A stretch of DNA of 62,876 nucleotides, counting the filler, from Choristocarpus tenellus KU-1152 (lineage: Eukaryota > Protista > Phaeophyceae), in assembly GCA_964200185.2 (NCBI GenBank). It is 14 parts of 14 records of this genome, joined end to end, with 100 filler letters (N's around TTAATTAATTAA, not from the genome) between each part and the next. Parts side by side here need not be neighbours in the genome. Positions count along the whole stretch, not along the records: positions 53,030 to 56,110 come from CAXNAD020022458.1; positions 56,211 to 60,106 come from CAXNAD020017283.1; positions 60,207 to 62,876 come from CAXNAD020025782.1; 11 more parts are not named here. One strand, written 5' to 3'. Below the pieces are notes generated by a model. The model was not told the DNA's origin and did not search any database. It was given only the letters and a program-made list of their open reading frames with translations. Shown here piece by piece: positions 54,269 through 62,876 of the stretch. Numbering within the stretch: position 1 is the first letter of the stretch; each line of letters begins with the position of its first letter. The translations under genes and the position numbers were made by a program.

Positions 54269-55506
54269 CTGTCATCACCATCCCCACAAAAAAAGAAAAA
54301 AAGAAAAAAAAAGAAATGAGGTATTTCAATTCTTAAGCATGTTTTGTTTTGTTTTGTTTAGTTTTTCAAAATGCAGACGTATTATATTATTATTATTTAT
54401 TTATTTATGACAACATTTATTTATCATCAAACAATTAATAATAAAAAATGTGTTGACACACGCACGTGAGAAAAAATAAGCACGCGAGAAGAAAAAATAG
54501 CAAACATCGCCACATTAAAAAAAAAAATATATATGTATATATTAAAAGAGGCGGAAGAGTGACTCCTCATCAGTTACCAGAGACCTCTTCAGCTCACCTC
54601 TTCTCCAAGTTGAAGAACGGTATCTAGAGACTGACCAGCAATCCATTCCAAACCCGGTCGGGACAGATTGCTCCTTGGGACACAATAGCAGAGTGGCCTA
54701 AGAACACAACGTCCGAATGCATTCCTTTTGCTGAACACCCGAAGTAAGATTTTAAAATTTCCCACGCCGGACAAAAAAAAAAATGTCAAAAAAAAAATGT
54801 CGCCGACATCACCACACCGGGTTTGAATAACTAACATCAACACCCCCTTGAGATCGATCAAGCAATATATCTCTCCACCTCTCTCGACCCCCCAATCAAA
54901 ACAATGGTTCTGTTACCAACTAACTCAAGGCATCGATCGGGGAGACGAGTTAGAAGATGGGTTGAAATAAGTTTGTTTTTTTTAAATAAAAAGGTAGCTC
55001 TTTTCTTTTTCTCGGCGAACCACAAGGGTACATACACATCAATTGAATTTAAAAAAAAAAAAAAAAAATGGATTTATTAATACGATTTATCATTACAACC
55101 ACGCACGCACGCATGTGTTTAGGACACACACCGTCACGAGCCACACTTCAAAAAAATAAAATACGAGAAGTTTGCCTGCCACTTGCATCATTTTTTTTTA
55201 AATACGTGACAATGATTTCATCAATAATAAATAAAAATAATAATAATCCCTCAGTAGCATACACACAATAAGCAATATGCAAAGTCAACACGAAAAAAAA
55301 AAGATGACATAGACCTAACCCCCTCCCCCCCCAAGTATCCCCTAGCAAACTAGATCCAACGTATCCAGGACGCACGTAGGCAAATTTTCCAAACCAACCA
55401 CTGCAAATGCAACAAATGTAACAAACATAACAAATACAGCCAATACAACCTCTTCAAGACATTCCTCAAACTCTACCGTTACGAAAACCATCACGATCTG
55501 TCTGAG

Positions 55507-55541
<35 letters not shown>

Positions 55542-56048
55542 CTATTTTTTTATTTAAATTTTATTTTACTTCTTTTTTTTTTTTTTTTTCACTTTTTTTT
55601 TTTTTATTTNNNNNNNNNNCAAAGGCCATACAAAAACCCCCCCTACACAAAACCCCACACAAACAAAAAGAGCTTACTTTTTTTTTTTTTTTGGTTAATT
55701 CTTGTACCCATACAGTAACTACAATACAATTCACCCGCTTTTTTTTTTTTGTATCAACTTCCGGTTACCCAACTTCTCATCACCTACAACAACAAATACA
55801 ACGGCTGCCAAAAATCAAGTGCACGATACTCTGTACGACACTCCAAATTCTGTTCCATTTTTGTTCATACTCTCCTTGTTGACGCTTCAATACAGCGGGG
55901 TGTTGAACAACACCAAATGGCAGTGGCACAGTGGAGAGGGGTTTTGTTGCAGAGGAGGCGATACGCACAGCGTAACCGAATCTCTACCCTATTTCTCAAA
56001 ATGAGGCATAAAATATTCTTATCCACTCCATTACAAATTCAAACCAAC

Positions 56049-56294
56049 GGGTCAAAGTATCTGGGGGGGGGGGGGGGTTTGTGGGGGGGCCGTCGTTTGG
56101 GTCAAATAAANNNNNNNNNNNNNNNNNNNNNNNNNNNNNNNNNNNNNNNNNNNNTTAATTAATTAANNNNNNNNNNNNNNNNNNNNNNNNNNNNNNNNNN
56201 NNNNNNNNNNTGTAAATGCACTTTTTCTGATGTTGGTTCAAATGGACACCCTGGTTTAGCCCCCCCCCCCCCCTCCCCCCAGATACTTTGGGTC
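56049..56294. mobile_element. MITE family A fragments on both sides of a linker (56049-56110 and 56211-56294)
   Basis: GGGTCAAAGTATCTGGGG before the linker; CAAATGGACACCCTGG...CAGATACTTTGGGTC after it. Confidence 0.8.
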
Positions 56295-56330
56295 ATTGGC
56301 TCAGGTCTCTGTAGGGACAAAAGTCTCAGT

Positions 56331-56660
56331 CTGGATGTTGGTTTTGCAGAGGTTCAACCAGCTATCACTTGTGATATTTATCCACTAGGAATGGTGTACC
56401 TCCTGCTGCAGTTGAGGTACAAAACCGCACCCAATACGAAGGATCGCATGGTTTCAATATCAACACATTCGCAGTGGAAAGTTGTGGATGCCTTCGGAAG
56501 TTAGCAGAGAGTTTCTTGGATGAGTGGGCCACTCATAGAGTAATGAGGAGACAGGCTGTGGGTATTGCAGGAAAGGAAATGTCAAGTATTGTTTGAGACT
56601 GATAGCGTCTGTTATTGCACAGGTGACTCTTTTGAGACTGGTTGTTGGTTTCAAGCCAGA
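56331..56660 (+). pseudogene. 3' relic of a CRE-like non-LTR retrotransposon (restriction-like endonuclease region)
   Basis: LDVGFAE / AAVEVQNRTQY...TFAVESCGCLRKLAESFLDEWATH / RKGNVKYCLRLIASVIAQVTLLR across frameshifts. Resembles the recalled LDxT...E.RK...AVESFGRLG...FIDELA...RKG..KERLLQIVSV pattern. Confidence 0.7.
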
Positions 56661-56887
56661 GACATTGGGGGGAGGTGGGCTAGAAGGACTCACAGATTCT
56701 TGGGATGCTTCCCTGGCTCCTCGCCCACCTTTGTAGGGCTGGAGTAGGTTGGAAACATAGCAGTGTAAACATTGCTTTGTAGTGATCAAATTTAAGAGGG
56801 CATTCATTGTTGTCTGTTAGGTATCAAACAGTACGTCTTTTAGAGAGGAGTTAAAATTATCGACAGGTGTCTTATTTCAGTACCCCT

Positions 56888-58686
56888 AAGTCAAAGCACT
56901 TAAGAGGGTAGGGCCCCGTCTATTAGGGATAATAAATCCACTGTTGTGATTTTGACGAATTTGGGGTAATGAGTTTGTTAGCAAGTGTCAATATCCTTGC
57001 TTCAGAGACACCTTTCATAGGTGTAAAGTAGTACCAATAGCTTAGCGTCCTGGAACAATCTTGCTTTTTTTCACTGTTTTTCCACAGGAATTATACAACC
57101 ACAAAAATATCAAATGAAAGCTTATACAAAGAGGTGTTGGACTCCCGTGAACGGGAACTATGCCCCGATCAAAGAATGGCAAAACGCGGGGGAACATCTC
57201 CGGTGCAATTTTGATGGCCACAACCTTAAGAGAAACAAAAATGAAACAGTTGGCAGAATTCCCCCCCAAAAATTGATTCGGGTTAGGCCCCTGGTCATTT
57301 ACGGTGCTTGTGGCAATACCGAAAAAAAAGAAGCAAGATTTGCGGACATCTTTTTAGTGCCACTTGCAGACTTTTTGAGAGCACACACACACGTGACCCA
57401 CACAGCAACAAGAACCACGACGGTGAGAAAAGTAGAGCCGCCGAGGTCACTCTTCCACCTGGATCTACCCTCGGCACCTTCTCTGTCGAGAGGCGACAAA
57501 AAAACAAGTACCGTATGACACTCGGAGTGATGTTAGGTGACGAGAAAGTGCGTGTACTGTGATGCAGCAGCATGATCAAATCACGAAATGGACCAAGCGA
57601 CCGCAACACTGACGCTGAGAGAAGATGCATGGAAAGCATTACCACACAAACGTGGTTGGATCTTCAACCAAATCGGAGCACTACTCTGCAGTCTCTTCCA
57701 CCTTGGGAAAGCAGGAAGAGAGTGGCGAGTCCATCACCAGGTGCGGTACAGTGACGAAGCCTGTGGGGAAGCGTGGTCACGGCAGGCGAAGGGAGAACCA
57801 GAGTGACTGGCCGAAGGGAAGGTTGGGGTGGAGAATAGTGCGACTGCGTGCCATTGAGCTCAGGAAACGCCTAAGCGAAAACCCGGGTGTAGAATATCTT
57901 AGTAGTCGACAGTTGCAGCAGGCCCTAGCTGTTTGGAAGCTATGTGAGCTAGAGTGGCTTAGGAAACGAGAAAGAAGGTGTTAGAGCTGGGCTGCAAGGT
58001 TTCTCAACCCCGAAAGAAGGCAACGCTCAACGAGGAAATGTGATCGTAAAGGCTTTAACACTGCCAACCCTGTATCTGTGTATGAACGACGGGAAAGATC
58101 GTCAAATGGTGCTCGAGATAGCAGGATATGCAATGGTCAGGTCGGAAACTGTGAGTAAATGGGAGAGAGACTTCCTAACTAAGGGCCACATCAATGTGTC
58201 GGAGCAAGGGTGCGACGAGAGGCGTTTCGTTCTGGGACTCGACGAGGACATCCTTGCTGAGGTCAATTAGTGAGTGGGTGAACACACAGGAAGAAAGGGT
58301 GGGAAGGCTTTTTTCCCGTCTAAACCCTAGACTTCATTCAATCAAGTAATAGTATATTTGTTGCCATTCTTGGTAACTTACAATCCTGGGTTCGAACCCC
58401 AATGTGAGCGATCTTTTTACAAAATTAGAAAAAAATGACGAAAAAACGAAGCCCGTCCTCTGGGGGGCCTTGTGACGAGCATCACGAATATGCCTCTATT
58501 TTTTAATCCGATGCCTACATCGTTATGACGGGACATCCCCAGACGCATAAGCTATTGGTACCACTACATACAGTTTAGGGAACTGTACTCACACACAATA
58601 CCGAACAAGGGCATAAAACACCCGTGGAGCCAAGCCCCAAACGGACAAACAGGGCGAAACTTCTACCCTCTTAAATGCTTTGAGCC
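56888..58686 (+). mobile_element. 1.8-kb TIR DNA transposon deletion derivative with family-B ends
   Basis: TIRs AAGTCAAAGCACTTAAGAGGGTAG / CTACCCTCTTAAATGCTTTGAGCC, TSD CCT/CCT. The first ~130 bp and last ~60 bp match MITE B. Confidence 0.85.
57625..58300 (+). pseudogene. Decayed transposase-like N-terminal region
   Basis: IAGYAMVRSETVSKWERDFLTKGHINVSEQGCDERRFVLGLDEDILAEVN**VGEHTGRKG, an HTH-like TV..W..DF...G...S.QG...R......EDI pattern. It lies inside the TIR element. Confidence 0.6.
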
Positions 58687-59722
58687 CCTTGTTATATATT
58701 ATTGTTTTTTTCCTGACAAATATCCAAAATGTCAGAGGGCATAGCAATATTATGTAAATTGATATGACGGTAGTAGTTGTGTAGAATACAATATGAATTA
58801 TAGTAGTAATATGTAACCGAAAGCATTCGTGATCATGTTTCATATCTTAGCGAGATATTTAAAGAGAATCAATTCTGGGTTTTGATGTCCACATGTTTGA
58901 GATATTTCATTTCTATGTCTTAATGGAGTATTCTAGAAGTGTTGTAAGTGTTCAGTTTTAGTGATTCCTTTTAGAAGCAACATGTACTAAACCAAGCTCC
59001 ACCATCTATAACAACATCACTCTTCTCTTTTAAACCACATCATCATGTTCAGCAAGAGGGAATCGTGTAAGGCTCCCAATTCTTTCCTTCTCTTCTTCCA
59101 TACTGACATTAACAGCAATCAAAATCTGCATAAGTGTGAGCCTCAAGGGTATGGAGGACGACATGAAGAAGTTGCCCAACAGGACTGGAGCACCAGGACG
59201 GTCAGTGGGGACCCGAACAACACGGTGCTTCAAGCCAGTGGAAAGGGTCTATACTATTAAAAAATAGGCTATTCATTTGTTTTTTCTTGATACAATACAG
59301 TGCCACCAGTCCATACTGACTGTTGATTCGTCCACTGTAATGGTCGTTACTTTCACTTGCACTAGCTCATCATCACAACACCATCAACTATCTTCAGAAC
59401 ACCACAGCACATACGAAGCATAAGAACAGTCGCTACCCATCACATACACAGGCGTAATAAGTGTTGCTTGAGTCACGTCCGACATTGATTCGAGTTTGTT
59501 GTCTTGTTTCTTTGTCCTTTTGTTTTTCCCTTCCTTCTTCTTCTTAGCTGTGGAAGACTCCAGCTGTATGTCAATTGTTGATTAACATTTTCTTGGTTGG
59601 GATTGCCCCCTCATAACACACAAAACTCACTCTACGTTAAGTGTACCTGATGCACACCTGGATGCCATTTATTCAGAATTAAAATGCACAGAATCCCTTG
59701 TCCGCCGAGGTAACAAGCCTGT

Positions 59723-59979
59723 GAGTCAAAGTATTTTAGAGGGTAGAGCCGCGTCCAGTTCGGGGCCAAAATTGAATGTCGCGATTTTGATAAAATTATG
59801 GCTATTATCTTTGTTAGGAGGTGTTAATATCCTTGCTCCAGACACACCTTTTCATAATGTATACATTTTACGTACTCTGAAATGTTTTGGAGTAGAAAAA
59901 TATCATAAAAAAACCACGGGAAACTAAGCCCCAAATGGACAAACAGGGCAAAACTCTTCCCTCTAAGACACTTTCACTC
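59723..59979 (+). mobile_element. MITE family B, full copy (257 bp)
   Basis: GAGTCAAAGTATTTTAGAGGG ... CCCTCTAAGACACTTTCACTC, flanks TGT/TCT. Confidence 0.9.
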
Positions 59980-60007
59980 TCTTCTTAGACCATGCATTTC
60001 TTCCTTG

Positions 60008-60106
60008 GATCCAAAGTATCTGGGGGGGGGAGGGGGGGTGTCTACACCAGGGTGTCCATTTGGACCATAACCAGGAAAAGTGTACTTACTTCATCCATCT
60101 GACGTA
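60008..60106 (+). mobile_element. MITE family A partial copy at contig end (a degenerate right end follows the linker at 60207-60231)
   Basis: GATCCAAAGTATCTGGGG...GGGTGTCCATTTGGACCATAACCAGGAAAAGTG. Confidence 0.88.
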
Positions 60107-60741
60107 NNNNNNNNNNNNNNNNNNNNNNNNNNNNNNNNNNNNNNNNNNNNTTAATTAATTAANNNNNNNNNNNNNNNNNNNNNNNNNNNNNNNNNNNNNN
60201 NNNNNNACCCCCCCCCTCAGTACTCTGAACCAATTACTTCCTTGTTTTCTCAAGCAATGCCATTGTTCTTTGTGATGGCACTTGTTCTTGCTCTTACCCC
60301 ATCATTCATAATCCGTGTGTGATTGTAGCGAGGTTTTGGTACTGCAGTTGAAGAGATGACCCAAACTGTACGGTTGCCATGACAGGTGAAGGTGCAGGTC
60401 TAATTAAATCTTCATTAATGGCAACATTGCACACCCGCCTGGAAGATCTACACCCCCTCCCCCTTTCATCTGTTATTGTGTCATCCCTGCTATGCTCCTG
60501 TCCTAGCCAGGGCAAAGGAATGTGGTGGGTAATGTGGGCCTCCAAAATAGTCCAAACACATAATGAAGCATGTCCTCCTAACTATTACTGAAGATATAAT
60601 AATAAGATCGCAACTCGGTATCAATCTATTTAGTGAACCGAAGATACTACTTCTTAGCAGCGAATAAATACTCCCATCACAAATCAGGAGTAGAATTGTG
60701 TTTGAAGACCGAGAATTGGCAACGACAGGTTCTTTGAAAAA

Positions 60742-60778
<37 letters not shown>

Positions 60779-62876
60779 GAATTTGAGAACAAGATTGATG
60801 AGACCCTTTATCCAAAGGAAGGACTTAATACAATTTTAACATATATTGTTGTTATTAGGATGTAAACACAGTCCAGTACATTGTAAGAACAGCACTTACC
60901 TGCTCATTTTCATGTGAGTTAGTACTCCATACTGTATACGCCACCATCATAAGATCAGCCCCCTTTCGTCGACTTCTACCCCACTATTTTCACAATTTCT
61001 CCCGCCCTTCTCTCCTCACCAACCTGGGCATGTGACCACTTTCCTAGTGAGCAGTCCCTGCGCTTCTTATCAGATTTCCAAATATATTAAGTAAATTATC
61101 CTTGTTCTCAATCAAACCCGAAACGAAACAAACTCACAGTATAAGTGTGTACAGTTGATATGGCAGTGACAAAGGTGTACTACTATCTGTTTCCTTTATC
61201 GGGCGGATACTTGGCAGTCGCCAACGCCATTTGTGAGTGTAGGTGGACAGAGCCTTGGTTTGCTAGCGCACTGTACAGCAGTAGAAGTGATCAACAATAC
61301 TGTTACAGTACATACCTTATAACAATGATAGACCATGGTGTTGCACATTGGTCGCAAGAAAAAAAAAGGGAACTAAATACAAAAAAAAAGTCGCTACTAG
61401 TGATGGTAGAAGCAGTTGACTTCTGTCAGTTACGTAGCTCAGCATCTTCCTCATGTCCTGGCTCTACGGCCCCACCTGCAACTACACGTAAATAAATTGG
61501 GATAAATTTGTAAGCAGCGCCATTGATAATCTCCTCTACTCTCCAACAACACACATGATGATGCGGCTGGGCTCTGATGCACATGACGATCTGTCAGATA
61601 CAAACCCTAGGAAGGAGAGATCTACAGATAGCAATGCAAGTAACGGCAGGACACTCCCTGAACATTTCATCGACCTTGAAATGCACAACGATTAGAAACA
61701 TGCTAAGGGCAAGCAGTAAATATTCATGACAAACACATTGGGCAGCACTATATTCTGGAGTCTACACCTCTTCAAATCTAGCAGAGGGAGACAACAGAGT
61801 GTTTCTTCCGTTACTTTTGTGCATTGGTCCCTCGGATACACAGATACTCACGCACATGGAACTCTACATTCTCACAAAGAGGATCATTCGAAACATCCTT
61901 TTAGGAAGACAAACAGACTTTCTTGGGAGACTTCTAAGTGACTAATCAGGTCCCAATCCGCTGTTCAACATACACACGTGAAAGCTAATGGCATCAGCTG
62001 GAACACCCTCAAAATACACTTCAACTCGAACTTGTTTACAAATATTTCTAAACTCCTTTGTTCTTGAGTCCAGAATTTTGAAGACGCAATTCGCGGTGCG
62101 ACTGACCTCTTCCGAATCGGAGCAAAAAGTAACGGATTGTAACCTAACTCTCTCTCTCTCTCTCTCTCTTAACTCAAAGTGGACACGCTCTTTTCATTCC
62201 TTACGGTTGCATCACCTGCACCTGCCCCTGAGGGTAGAAAATGTATCCCACTATTGGTCACCACAATGGCAAACGTCCTGGACTCCTCCCTGTAGAGAAA
62301 CAAGACGATGGGTCATCCACTTGTCAAAGATTTGACTACACAAGAGGTTATCTTCAGAGGGGGATGAAAAGCGAACCTATCCTCAAGTCTCCCATCTGTT
62401 CACCGCAGACAACATACATCACTCTTACTGGATCTACCACTGATTACCACACTAAAATGGTTGTCTTAGTAAGGCAAACAGGAAAGTGCTCGTGTGTTCG
62501 GGTTCTGTTTCTTTATGCAGATAGAAAGGCCACAGATCATTGCCCGGTGGCGAGCTTGTGCAGGTGTTCGAGAAATGCCCCTAGTCTCCACTTGCCAGTG
62601 CACTATTTGTAGAGGGCCTCATAGGAGGGACAGCAAGTGGAACGGGGGATCAGTCTGCCAGGATCAGACACAACTCTATCTTCCCCTTCCAACCAAGGGC
62701 GCCCAGAGCAACCACACAATCCTTGAGAAGTAGACAAATAACCTCCTTCCTTGAACACGATCATATAACATGGGTACTTTTTTTTTATTAACTTTATTAC
62801 TGTCATTCAGAATTTTTTGCGAGAAATAGTAGGAGAATCATTTCTACCATGCAACCCCCCCCCCCCCCCCCCCCCC

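Noticed and set aside
56888-58686. Fanzor/TnpB cargo in the TIR element
   Set aside because: No RuvC or zinc-finger motifs are visible in the frames I could read.
60300-62806. Short ORFs in the last contig, and most 60-130 aa ORFs in the track
   Set aside because: No recognisable domains or consistent splice structure; compatible with chance ORFs in intronic or intergenic DNA.

Overview
Eukaryotic, intron-rich, TE-littered draft sequence. It is probably a brown alga or related photosynthetic stramenopile, inferred from GT-AG gene structure, TTAGGG motifs and retroelement relics resembling brown-algal families as I recall them. The window is not contiguous: 13 identical 100-bp linkers (44 N + TTAATTAATTAA + 44 N) join 14 separate contigs, so adjacency across linkers has no biological meaning. 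Host gene fragments: RPA1 3' exons, an HSPA12-like Hsp70 with a frameshift, GCN5 (end of HAT domain plus bromodomain), an ABCD-type transporter C-terminus, a multi-EF-hand protein, a PRH/HAT3.1-like PHD protein and a DHHC exon. The most notable structure is a DNA-transposon family. It comprises two high-copy MITE subfamilies sharing a CAAAGTATCT terminal core and variable 3-bp target-site duplications (TSDs), plus a 1.8-kb longer relative (56888-58686) with a decayed transposase-like N-terminus. Also present: a decayed chromovirus pol split in its chromodomain by a solo LTR, a second related solo LTR, a CRE-like LINE 3' relic, an LTR-like end followed by a ~43-nt CCA-bearing tRNA-Ser complement, and several minisatellites. 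I found no CRISPR array or TnpB/Fanzor-like ORF. All homology calls are by eye and from memory, not from database searches.
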